This document shows, piece by piece, positions 1-13,100 of a stretch of 64,000 bases of DNA. Position 1 is the first letter of the stretch. Each line of letters starts with the position of its first letter. The DNA lies in NCBI GenBank assembly GCA_013265495.1, contig MU058844.1, forward strand, positions 9,878,184 through 9,942,183. The letters are read 5' to 3'. Source of the stretch: Vicugna vicugna (taxonomy: Eukaryota). Below the pieces are notes generated by a model. The model was not told where the DNA came from. It ran no database searches and saw nothing but the letters and a program-made list of their open reading frames with translations. The position numbers were made by a program, and so were the translations under genes.

Positions 1-290
1 AATTACAGCCCATCTACAGCTGAAACCTCCGACCCTCTTCAATCACTCTTGTAAAACCAGGAATGTCACTTGCCATACAGTTCTATAAGGATTAAGTCAT
101 TAGCCACCAAAGTTGCAGACCCAAAATACACCAGGGAAGGAACTCAGTACGAAGAACAAGATGAAGCACCCTGTGCTTTGGGAAAACAGGCAAAGCAGTC
201 CCTTAAATAGTTACATTTCAGGAAAAATTTTTATGACCCCCATATGTTTGCATCTCCCCAACCTGCTTTGCTGGGATAGTTCAGCCACAA
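1..290 (+). mobile_element. ERV LTR-like fragment
   Basis: ttaagtcattagcc...gcaccctgtgctttgggaaaac...ttgcatctccc resembles artiodactyl LTR sequence. Confidence 0.45.
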
Positions 291-923
291 GAGCTCTCGT
301 CCCTCTTAATGTTTATCACAATTTATAAATATTATTCACTTTTCATTTTCCTTTTCTTTCTTCCTCCTTATTAAATTTTCAATAATTACTTAGTGAATTA
401 ATTTTATTTGAGAAATAAAATGGAATCTTCTCATTGGTTTGGCCTTAAATCTTTTATACACTGTCAATATTTCCTTCCAGTGTGCTACAGCACGCCTTTG
501 TTGATGCAATAAAAACACTTAGATAGCTATATGTCAGGTTCTGTTCTAAGTCCTTACATTTATTAAACCAGTTATTCTCAGGACAATGCATGAAACACAT
601 TATTTTCTCCCACTTTACAGATTTGGAAACAGGAACAAACAGGTTGAGTACACTGCCCAGGATAACTCAGATAGCTGAACCCAGATCCAAACCTAGGTAG
701 TATGGCTTTAGAATTAAGTTCCTCATCACAACCAATGCTGACTATTTACAAGTATAAAGTAGTTTCAGGATACAAGGGGTGCAAACTGATCCAGAGCCTG
801 AGACACACCAGCAATCTACTTAAAAAGGTAAAACCTGCTACCAAAAGGGTCTATCAGAAACTATTTTACAATAACCCCAAATCAGCAAATGTATGTTAAG
901 AGTGAAAAGTATTTGATTCTTAC

Positions 924-1193
924 TTAGAGTTTGTTGAATAGTTACTAGCTCACTTAAGTTCCCATTCATCACTGTCGCCATTCCAATGTCATATGTCATT
1001 CCTGGGATTAAATTATCAACCTTGAATCTAGTAGCATCCTTTACAAAAAGCTTCCTGACTTCTCTTATATCTGATATGGCTTTGATTTGAATGTAGACCT
1101 CATGGCTGTCTTGTGGGGGTTCCCACTGAAGAATTATACTGTCCTCTCTCACATCTTCAAGTTTAGCATAAACTTTCAGAGGTGGATGAATAC
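924..1193 (-). CDS. Second gene exon (270 nt), FN3 domain: IHPPLKV...ILQWEPP...DNLIPGMTYDI...QQTL
   Basis: ttcttccaag| acceptor, A|gtaaga donor; phase 1-1. Confidence 0.93.
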
Positions 1194-4100
1194 CTTGGAA
1201 GAAATAGAGAAATCGATACACACATTTATTGAAAAAAACTCAATGCAATGTTAATTAATGTTTAAAGTAAATTTGATGAACCCTTACATCACCATGTCTT
1301 GTAAAGGACTCAACTTTAGAGAAAAATATGTCTTGTTATTACTATGCAAGTATTGGAGAATTTTCTTGATACTGTATTGTAATAACCAAAGGAAATACTT
1401 TGGCTTATCTCCTTGCACAATTTATTTGAATATCAAGCCTTGTGATTTTTACTACTATACCTTCCTCCTAGTCTCACTGTCTTGGGTTATATGCTCTCCG
1501 TAAACTTATGATAGTTCTCAGGCACAATGATCAATCTTTAGTTCATCTTTATGGGAATAATTATGCAATTTTAAACTGTTCAATAGTTTTACTTTAAATA
1601 ATCTTTAAAGAATTCTCTACGATTTTCATAATTATTTTGTTTTCGGAACCTGTAAGTTGATTTTTATCCTATTCTGAAGTTCACTTCCTTATCCAATTAA
1701 ACACTACATTTTAATTTCTCAGGAAAATATTCTGTGTCAGACCTACAGTCTGTTCATTCCATGCCTCAATCTCACAAAATTGGAGCTGGCCTGACTTTAG
1801 GTGTTGAAATTGATTAAGTATGTAGAATTATCAGAAAATTCCAGAATAACTCAATTAGAAAAACTATCTACAAGAGTCCAAGTTTAAACAACTTCAGATA
1901 TTTTTTCTTATATACCTACAAAACCATGAGTCTAATTCTACAATTACTTAAATAATTTTCTGTACACTCCTGTGCATTTTTATGGGAGAAAGTCCATTAT
2001 TTTCCCCACATTTTCAAAAGCTCTATTAACATAAGAGTTAAATTTTAATGAACAAAATATACTCAGTAAATATACCCTTCACCTTCTGTGACTAGTGCAC
2101 ATTTTCTAGGCTCTCAGTACACGCACCCACCCCTGCAATCTAGCCATGCTAATCTACTTGTAACTTCCTAATGTTCAATTGTTAGTGTCTTCAAAAAGCC
2201 TTCACTGGCTTTCCCAGATACAGCTAGATGCCTCTTCTTTGGTCCTGTCTACACACATGCTGTTTGCGCCACTCGTCACATCCTTCACCTCCCCATTCCC
2301 ACCTGATTATTTTTGACTCTTCCTTTGTGACTCAGTGTATTAATCCTCCAGAAAGATTTCCATGACTATCCCTGTACCCTGAGTCTGGGTTAACTGATCC
2401 TGCTCTATGATCCCATAGTATACAGAAGATAAACCCTATAATAGCAATTATAATCTAGCATCATTTAAAAAAAACTTGTCTCCGTGCATTAATATGTAAG
2501 CCCTCTGAAGGTAGATACTAGTCTTATTCATCTTTGCATTTCTAGTACCTTTTTCAGTTCCTGACACTAAAAAAAGACCTATTGAATGACTAATGAATGG
2601 AAAAAAAAATATTGCCTCAGCCTCAGGAAAGTAAAAGGGCACTGGAATATTGAATCCTAGACATGCATGGCTGCGTCAGCTTATGGTCAAGATACATAGC
2701 AAACGATGCAATTAAATGTGCATACTCACAGGTGCCCTTCTCCTGCCCCTTATTTATAGGTACATATCGTGGGAGATTTTAATGTGACTTCAAAATTAAT
2801 GAATCTGTGAGAAATCCTCATAACTCTGCCTGTCAGTTAAAAATGAAAGCATCTTCTTAAGTGTAAGGAACTCAGTCAAGCATTTACCATTTGACAGACG
2901 CTTGGTCTGAGCTCAGGGAAGGGAAAACATCTGCTCTCTAGTATCCAACTGGAAAAGTACTTTTCATTAGGATTTACTTTTCATTAGGATTTGCAAGACT
3001 CAATCCATGTATCTTAAGCATTTGCATTCGGGAAGCATGAAATAATATAGTTCATTATTTATCTTGCAATTTATAACAGTTTTTATTTTCAAAGAATACC
3101 AAGAATTCCCAGTATGTGAGGAGGTTAATTAATCTATGGCTGTGCATGTGCGTGTTTTCCATTCCTCCTCCCTCTAGTGTGTTTAAATTTTACCTGGTGA
3201 AATTTCAATCAAAGAACTTTGGAAATAGGCATGTTAAATACACACGCACAATACACACACTACACACACACGGATATACTACCAAACGTGCTTGTTACAG
3301 TTTCATAAGTAGTGTCCTCTTTTCCAAAAAGACTGACTTATACTTAAGCGGGTACACAGGATGCTCAATTAAAAGACAGATTAATGATTATATTCTAGAC
3401 AAGGATTCAAAAACTGCCACGCGATGGTGAGTGGAGGTTGGAAACCCATTTGCCAGAAGTCCTGGGATGACACTGCCCCCTAGAGGTCAACTCATAACAC
3501 TGCGTGACAAAATAAAGAATGACCAAAAAAAAAAAACAAAAAAAACCAAACAAAAAACGATTAAACGTTCAGACCTATCTATTGGATCTAGTGCTATTAA
3601 CGAGAACTGGGTGAATTAATCTTCCTATTTTCGGATAATTTATCTTCCAGCAAAGGCACATACAAAACATACCTTCTAGGAACTCTGGTAGGAACAACGC
3701 AGATGTTTAAAGAGTTCATGTACATCTAAATGAATTCAGTATTTGGAATCCATGCTTAGAACTGCGACTTCACATCCAGACAAACGTTCACTGTATTTGT
3801 ACTCATGAAGGATCAACATAATTCCAGCAAAAGAGTGTTTCAAAATATGCAGTTTTTATTTTTTGATCCAAAGGCAAAATATGCCCACGCTTACCTGTAA
3901 CAGCTGAAACAGGTTTCTCAGAGCAGCTCAAAGTTCCTCTTTGGGCTACACTGAACAGATGTATCAGGTAATGACGGAAAGATGTGAGATTTCCAATTGC
4001 TGCTGATGTGTTGAGTTTTTCAACAAATACTTCCTCTGATTTATTGTTCTCAACATCCAAAATGCTCACAAGATAGTGATGAAGAGACATGGGCTCTGGA

Positions 4101-7100
4101 GCAGCCCAGTGTAAAAATATTTCTGTTGGGGTCACATGAGTGACTGTGACATTTTGGGCTGATAATGGACCTAGTAGAAAAATAGATTAAAAATAAACCA
4201 GAGAAATACATCATATTAGTGATACGGTTTGGCTGAGTAATCTCACTGCTCAGTACTTCCATGATACTCCAGTTTGGAGAGAAAAGGAAAACTGGATTTA
4301 AACCCTGGCCCTTCCTAATTATATCTCCAACTCCCTGGGTAAATTACTCTCTGAGCTTCAGGGTGTTTTTTTTTTCTTTTAATGTAAAATGGGAATTATA
4401 GTCAAATTATGAAGATTAAATGAGACGAAGAGTGTAAAGCACTTGGCAAAGTGTTTGACACACAACACTGTTCAATCATTATTAGGAGCACCACCAAAAT
4501 GCATCCAGTGAGCACCTATCATATAGGTCTTTAACTTTAGTCTCGTCAGACCAGAGGGCAGGGACTTCGTATCATTTATTCTCCATTCCTAACATCACCG
4601 GAATGCTGGCATTCATCCTCTTACAGAAATATGTTCCAACTCCCAACCATTTCATCCAGTGCCAGTGGTTTTCTTAGTTAATCCCTCCAGATTAATTTTC
4701 TTAAAACAGCACCTTGCACATAGTCTCAAACCCATATCCGTTCCCTACCCTCCCAATACACAGACATGCACACATTCTTCTTGATTCTTTCTTTAGAAGC
4801 AAAAGCTCAAGAGTTAAAATAAAAACCATCTGGGTTCCTGAGTAGCTTAACAAAGCACGTTAGTCTAGTCAGTTTACTTAACCTTTCTGAAGCTCAGTTT
4901 TTCTCATTTCTCAGTATAGCTACTCCCCGTGTTGAGATAAAGAGAAATGAAATAGTGCATTAAAAGTGTTTGTAAAAGGTAAAGCAAGTCTTAGAAACTA
5001 TAGCCTTCATGGATTTCCTTTGCTTCTATGGTCAAGTCCAACCATCTGAGACAGAGACCCCTCGCGTGCTTAAATCTGACACCACCGACCAAACTGATTT
5101 TAACCCTCATGCCTGAGAAAATCCTCTTCAATCTGCATTATTGTTTTCCTACAAATTCGTACTTCCATTTTTGCTCACAACATGCTTTTCTTCCTTCAAG
5201 TCTGAATCTAAGCTTCTCCTTTCCACGAATCTTCCCCTGTCATCCACCCTCTGAATTCCAGAAAGCATTTATTAAATGTACCAGTGATTGGGAATTTAGG
5301 TAATTATATTTTGCTATACTGTTTTGTTTGCATTTAATTCTATGCTTTACTCATTCTCTCCACTGTAAGTCCCTTAAAGTCCGCGGTGCATGTCTGTTTC
5401 TCTCCTGCTGTTAGCATGTATCAAAATTCAGTTCCCCTAAATTTACTGTGAACCAGACACCAGTCTAGCTGGTACTGTAAAACAAATAAGATATGATTTC
5501 TGCTCTGATGCATGTATAGGTTAACAAGAAAGCCAAACACATAAACAGATTCACTGTAATTTAAAGTGGTAAAAGATACAGGTGTGCCTAGAGTGTTATG
5601 AGACAACAGCAGAACTTCAGGAATAATGTGCTAATGATGACATTCAGCATTTGAAAAATTATACTTTCTGATGTCTCGTACTTACGTGTTTCGACAATGA
5701 ATGTTGGACTTAAAGTAGTTTTTGCCCCTGATTCACTTATTGCAAAGAATAAAAATCTGTAAACATGGCCAGGAGACAGCTGGGTAATTGCTCTTTCTGT
5801 AGTATTTGGGGGCACACTTTCGAAATGTTGTTCTTTTGTATAACTTAAGTAATATTTAATGATAATTTTATACTCCAGTTTCAGCCACTTATTCAAATTA
5901 TTCCAACCACTCAAATTATTCCAACTAAATACAACTTCAGTTGTTCCAATGTCCTTTATATAGAACAAGAGGTTTCCTGGCAGAGAAGGTGCTGAAAAAT
6001 ACAAAAAAAAATTATTTTTGATTAGAAATTATAAGTCTACCTTTAAAATAATAAAAGAGTGAGATGCAAGAATATAAGAATACTAATAAAATAATTACAT
6101 TCATATTCACAAATATATGGCAGAGGAACATAACAGAAAAATCTTGTAAAGAAATAGTTTGATCCAGTTGCATTTTGCTGTAAAATGTAGCAATCTGTTT
6201 CATTCTTGGGTAGCAGCAGAAAAGAAAAAATTTCGTTTTTCCTAAGGCCAAAAGATGATCCATCTGTCCACGTGAGATGACCTTCTTTCTGTAATAAAGT
6301 GTACAAATTAAGCCAATATAAAGGAAAAGTGTAGTATCTTCAAATACATGTATTTGAAGATTTTCATTATTCACTCCTATATTATAAAATTTTCTAAGAT
6401 TGGTAAATTATCAGTAAGTTTCACATTTTTATGTAGATGCCTTCACGATAAAGATCCTAGGCTGGAGACAGAGTTCATTTTGATTCACTCAATAGCCCTC
6501 TCATCAGGAGAATTGCTGAATTTCACACTAAGCCTCTATTATCTCATCTATAACATGGATATAATAATAGAACCTACATCTTAAGTTGTTGTGAGGATCA
6601 CATGGCTCAATAAAGTGCCAGGGAACAGACCCATTAATTACGTGGTTATTTTGTTTCAAGACATCAAATAAGTCCTATGCATCAGAAGTTGTTACCTTTC
6701 TGCTAAGGTGAGTATCACCAATGTCAACTCTCATAAGTAATGAATCTATCTCTAGAGAGTCATGTGGCTACTGTCCCTGAAAGCGGTAGGAAAAGTATAA
6801 GCTTCAACAAAGATGCACCTGGATTCTAATCAATATTTCTGCCACTAACTATCCACTCTTCGACAATAGCTATCCTCTTAAAAACAAAATGTTTTCACCT
6901 GTGCAATGAAGATAATCGTGATTACTTTGCATGGTTGTCAACAGGCTTAGAGAGAATGTATGCAAAATCCAGGCACATAGCAGCTCTTCAGAAATGAATA
7001 ATTCTTACAGGGACAATGAACTCTGTGAAGACAGAGACTGTGTATGTACTGTGGTTATCACACCATTCCCAGCAGCAAGCACAGCGCCAAACTAGTCGCA

Positions 7101-10100
7101 TGGATATGGACTAAAGAGACCTGTTCCCTCCAGATATTCTAAAGAGATTTTAAAACGATCCATTCCAATTCCACTAGATAGAATGGAGGAATATTGTTTC
7201 ATCCAAGAGTCTGCTTTATTGCCTATGTTGTACTGCCACTTAGAAAACAAACAGAGGTACAGAGGCAGGATGTTCAAGTGATTAGGTGCCAGGTTCAAGA
7301 CCTGGCACCACCATTGTTTAGCTCTGGGACCCAAGATCTTTCTGAGTTCCATATTTCCTTGTCTATGAAGTGAGAATAATGATACTGTCTACCTCCTAAG
7401 GTTGTTGTGAGAACTCAATGAGTTACCTACGTAATCCTCCCAAAGTAGAATATGAAGACTATTAATCTTTCACTCATCAAGTTCCTATTGAGTACCAGGT
7501 CCCAACTGGAAGCTAGGAATGCAATGATGAATAAGACATAGTCTTTATCCTGAAAGTCCAGGAACAAACTCACCCTCATTCAGCATGGGTTTACTTAAAG
7601 GATTTACTTTCTCAACCTACCACAAGGATAATGACCCAGTAGGTAACCCTGACGTCAACTGCAAGACACCAGCTTAATGAAGAGGTTGTAGAGTACCGTG
7701 GTTAAGAGCACTCTCTGATGCAAGTTCACATGCCCCCCCCAATTGCCTCTTACGTCATACAAGGAAATCACACAGAATTGTGCTTAGCACTTAGAGACAT
7801 TGTAAGACTCAGCTATTATTACAAAGGAAGTCTTTTTAATAGTTACTTTGATGTTTCATTCACCACCCAATTTTTAATTATCTTAATGCCGAGACTACAT
7901 CTTTAGACACCTTAGAAAAATTCACAGCAACCACAAAGATACCTCGAGAGCCTCACTTTGGCTATCATGACCATATGACCTAACCTTATAGCAGAAACCA
8001 GTAACAGTAACTATTGCAAGAAAGGCCTCTGGTTTAAACTGTTTATAACCACCATGCTAACAGCAAGAAACAACTACATGTATATACACCAACTGGCCTG
8101 CTGGGAGGGGGACTTCTGAGATGAACTGTGGTTTGAGGAATGTTCATTAGAATTTCATTCACTGCCTAGTAAAAGATAAAGGAAGCTCCATAGGAAAATG
8201 ATGAAGATACAATTAAAAACTGTCAGCAGTTTCTCCCAAGCTTATGCAAAGATCCAAAGGAAAATTGGCATCAGACAGAATTTGCATTGGGTCACTAGGG
8301 ATCAGAACATCTCATGGAGAACAGATTTATCTTTGAGTGGCAGGAAATAAAAGTGAAAAGAAGAAAACACAGACTAGACAGAAATAATTGTGTTAGGTCT
8401 CAAGTTTTCCTACAAAATGCTGACCAAAATGAGATTTCATGAGCTATTCCACAGTGTTAAGAACGTTGGAGAAAAATGTCACACACTTCTTACTTCACCA
8501 GTATTAAATAAAATCTTCAGATCTTTCTGTATCTTTTAGTAAAAATGAACTGTATAAACCTGGATGTGTGCAGTGAAAGAAAGTAGAGAAGACTTCCATG
8601 TTTTCAGGTTCATGTTATTGTACTGTTCAGAGGTGAGAAACAGAGGAAGTGGAGCAGGTTTGATGAAAGGAGATGAAAAGTCAGTTTCACCGATGTTAAA
8701 GTGTCTGTGGAAAATTCCAAAAGGGGTAAGCAGAGGAAAATTAGGTGTCTGGAACTCCTAAGACAAAAGTGGGCTAGATAAACATTTGAGAGTAATTGGT
8801 TTAGGTGTTAAATTAAGGGAAGAAATGGATAAGATCACTCAAATGAATTTAAGAGGGGCCTGGGAAAGACCAAATTAAAGCAAAATTAGATAAAGAAATA
8901 AATGCCTACAAAAGAGATTGATGGGCATGGGGAAGAAATCAATAAGCAGAGAACAGAGGATTTTTAGGGCAGTGAAAATACTCTGTACCATACCAATATG
9001 GTAAATAATAATTATTATATATTTGTCCAAACCCATGGAATATACAACACCAAGAGTGAACTATAACATTAAATGTAGCTTTGGGTGATTATGATGTGTC
9101 AATGTAGGTTCCTGGGTTGTAACAAATTATCACCCTGGGAGGGGTTGTTGATAACGGGGGAGGCTGTCCATGACTAGAGGCACGGGTATACAGGTGATTT
9201 CTGTACCTTTTCCTCAATTTTGCTGTGAACCTATAACTTCTATTAAAAAAAAAAAGATTGGAAAAATAGAAAGAGAAATAGTATCTAGTTTCTAAGAAAT
9301 ATTCAATAAATATTAAATGAATGAAGAAAAGAAGGAATAAATGAATAAAATGAACATAAATAAGTGTTATTATCATGATACATGTTTGTTGATTGTAAAA
9401 AAAAACAAACAAACCATTTACTGACCTTCAAATCATTAAGGCCAGTCCATATTATTATTTGATTCTTTGACCTCAGCTGTAAAAATATAAATTCTTTTTC
9501 CTCTTCATTTTTTATATCCACAAGGTGTGCAGAACTTAGGGATAATTTACAACGTTGCTGGGCTATATTCCACGGCTTAGTCTCTTTGCTAATTCTGTAA
9601 CAATTATTTTTTAATGCTACCCAACCGTGTGAACATGAACCTAGCAAAAGAAAAATGCTTTGTTAAAGATGAATTCAGCAACACAGCATTCCATAATTGC
9701 ATTTCTTCACATCTACAGAAGTTAACTGTGAAAAACCTCATAATATTAATTGCTCACTTTCCCTATATTTCTCCCAAGCCCATAAAAGTGCTACAGCTGT
9801 TATTATTCAAGTAGTGAATGAATTACTACCAATTAAAATAGTTTTAAAGTAGCTATAAGAATTAATTATGCAGAATTATTGTCTAATTATAACTTAACAC
9901 AAAACTACACATGCTTTCCTCTCTACATTACTTTAGGTTCCCCTTCCTTTCCCTTACTCTGGAACTGGTGGAGAACTTTTTAAGTATATTTCAAGTTTCT
10001 TTTTTATTTTAGAGAGCTAGACATCATGCTTGCTAAGAATTCTGCTTTCTGCCACTCGACTTTAAATGGGTTCACCTTTCAGAAAAATCTGTAATGACTG

Positions 10101-13100
10101 CTTAGCCTTTTCCTCCAAGGCTGCACACCAGACAGGAAAACAGCAGCCTGCTCAGGGTAGAGACGGAACCTCAGCTCATGCTGAAGCCTCAGCACTGCCC
10201 AGCCCAACATGTTAGGAAGATGTGAGGATATTTTCAACTATTGCCTTGTTCTTTCACAAGGGAAGAAGAAGAATGGGGATTACCCCATTTCATTACCTGC
10301 CTTTTATTACAGAAATATTTACAAATGTTGTTGTTCATTGATTATTCCTATAGAGGGTATTAAAATGGAACTCCTAGCTCCTCACAGAAAGTGCACTGCC
10401 CTCACTAGCCATCTACAGCTCTGTCCTCTTCTTCGGTCTTTTCCTACCATGTAGGGGAAGGAACTGGAAAGAAGACACAAAAAAATTGAACACATTCACC
10501 TCCTCCTTGCAGTATTCCAATCTGGGGTCAGGGATGAGTAATGGAGAAGCTTTAAATAGGATGAAAGATTTATATATTTATACATACATTTTTTCTTTCA
10601 GTAAAGATAGATTTACTTGACTCAGTTTCCTAAAAGAAGTTTCTTTTTGGTGATGTAGTCCACTGACACACCATAAACCAACCACTCTGGACTAGGGTAT
10701 CTTTAAATTCCAAATTTGTTGCCATGTTTCCAAAAAATAATACGAGCCTGGAGGAGTTAGCAGTCAGTTCTCTGTCTGCTGAGCTATACTCTTCACCTTT
10801 TATTATATATGAGGGTCCAATGCATTCTGGATATGCTAATGAAAGATTTATATTCTTATATTAGATTTTAATGATCTTTTAATATATGAAAAGGAGACTG
10901 TTTGTTGATACTTTGAAGCCACCTAAAAAGCTTTGGAATCTATTTGAACCATTGGCAGAGTTAAAGCAAAGAGAACGCACTTGGTTCAGTTTAAAAGAAG
11001 TGATGGAAGGAAAATAACGTTAGTTCTTACCTTTACCCTGCTAAGTCCAGCTTGTTCAATAAATTATTCAAATGTCAGAATAACAGTTACAAAAAGAGGA
11101 CCATGCTAATTCATTTACTGGCAGTTTACAGTGGTTAATACTTGGCTGAATCACTTTTTAAAAGAACAATACAACTGTCAAGTTAACTACAAAATACATA
11201 ATAAATACATAAATTAATAAACCAAATATCTACATACCCGTTTCAATTTCAACATCCAGTCTCTGAAATGTATTTATAAAATCCAAACCGAACTGTTTAA
11301 ATTCAAATGTAAAAACATATAAGGTGGCAGGTTTCAAATTATCCCACTCATAAAACACGGTATTATTTTGCATAATTTGTGAAGAATTATGAAGAGATAG
11401 TGACACTAAAATGTCATTGGAAGATAGCGTGCTCCAGTTAAAAGACACACTTGTACTTGTTGCTACTGTTTTAATATCTCTCGTTGATATTCCACCTAAA
11501 AGATCAGGGAAAATAATTAGTACAGTTTCAAATAAAATGAGTGAAACAAAGGATACTGAATTACAAAAGAATCACCATGATGGGAAAACATTAACTATAA
11601 AATCTTTCCTAGACTTTATAGGAATTTCTTCTGCTCTACTTAGAATGAATGAACTAGATTACAATCCATGTTATAGTATTTTTAAGAATAATCTGGATTA
11701 TATGTAACATCTCCACTATACGTATCCATTCATATTTGCACACATTAAATGGCAAAACTGAAAATCTTATTCTTACTTTAGTTTATAATTTACTTTAAAT
11801 TTTGAAATTTAAATTATAATTTCAAAACTACTACTATTGCAGTGTGATTTTGACAACCATTACATACCTGTTAATCACTGTAAAATTCAAATTATTTGGT
11901 AATAAAAAAATTTCCCTTTTATAATTAGACAATATAGCTGAACAACACATACATATTACTTACGGGTTTGGAATGACTTTTCACTTAAAATCTGTCCGTA
12001 TCTTATGGACTGTATAATGATGTGGTAGTCTTCATTTTCTTCTAGTGTTATTATTGATTCTGGAAGCTTTCGTGGGTCTGCGAGAATCCTTTTGACAGTC
12101 TGTAAATAATGAGATTCATCTGCTTAAGAAACATTTGTTAACTCTGTGTCAGATGCATTATAATTAGAAGTTTGACTTCTGCCCATCTCCTTCATAAGCA
12201 GTTTTTCCAATATGGAAGGCAAACATACATAAATTATCAATTTTTACATAAAACATTACTTTTTAAATAGTTATTCTCTGTGTGGTACATAATCATTCTG
12301 ATGAAAAAGTCAAGTATTATTTTGATCAACTAGTTATTGAAGATATTTCATAAAATGCTAACATTTTATATACTATATTAAAGAAATTTCAATAACTATA
12401 AAGATGTGGAATTTAGTTACAACAAATTTACACTATGCTCAGTGTTTATCGGAGCTAAAAAAAAAAGGATGCCTTACTTTTTGAGCAAAGTTATTAACAA
12501 GTTGGTATTTTAAAAAATAAAATTCAGGACTTCCTCCCTTAGGAAATTCATCCCATTCAATAAAAAGGGTTGTTGTTTGTTTATTCATTGGTATACAATG
12601 GAAACTTTTTGAGATCTGAAATGGGAAAGAAAAGTAACTGTAAAAAATTAAAATGCATTCTTGGTTATTATTTTATAAGCAAATTTACAAAAATGAAACC
12701 TAAAATACACATTATAATCGAAAAATTTTTCAGCAATATCGATTTCTACACATGAATTAAATAATATCCATTGGATACTTTATTTACAAGCATAATTTTC
12801 GAAATAAGAAAGGTAAGTAAAACAAGCAGAGAAATTTAAGATGCATGTTCCTCAAATTAGGAAATACCATGATCCTGGGCTGAGGGAGGAGGAAGAAACT
12901 TAAAGTTGCAGCACACCCTCTAAGCATGTCAAATTGCATACCTTTATGATAGTGGATACAAAAATGAATTATTTTTCAGACATTGACAAAATGCTTAGAA
13001 TGAAGTAAGTCTGAGTGCAAGATGTTTGACTCTGAATCATTTTAAAACCTTGCTTCATTTGTAGGTAAACAAATGTTAGCAATTGAGGCAAAATAGACCA

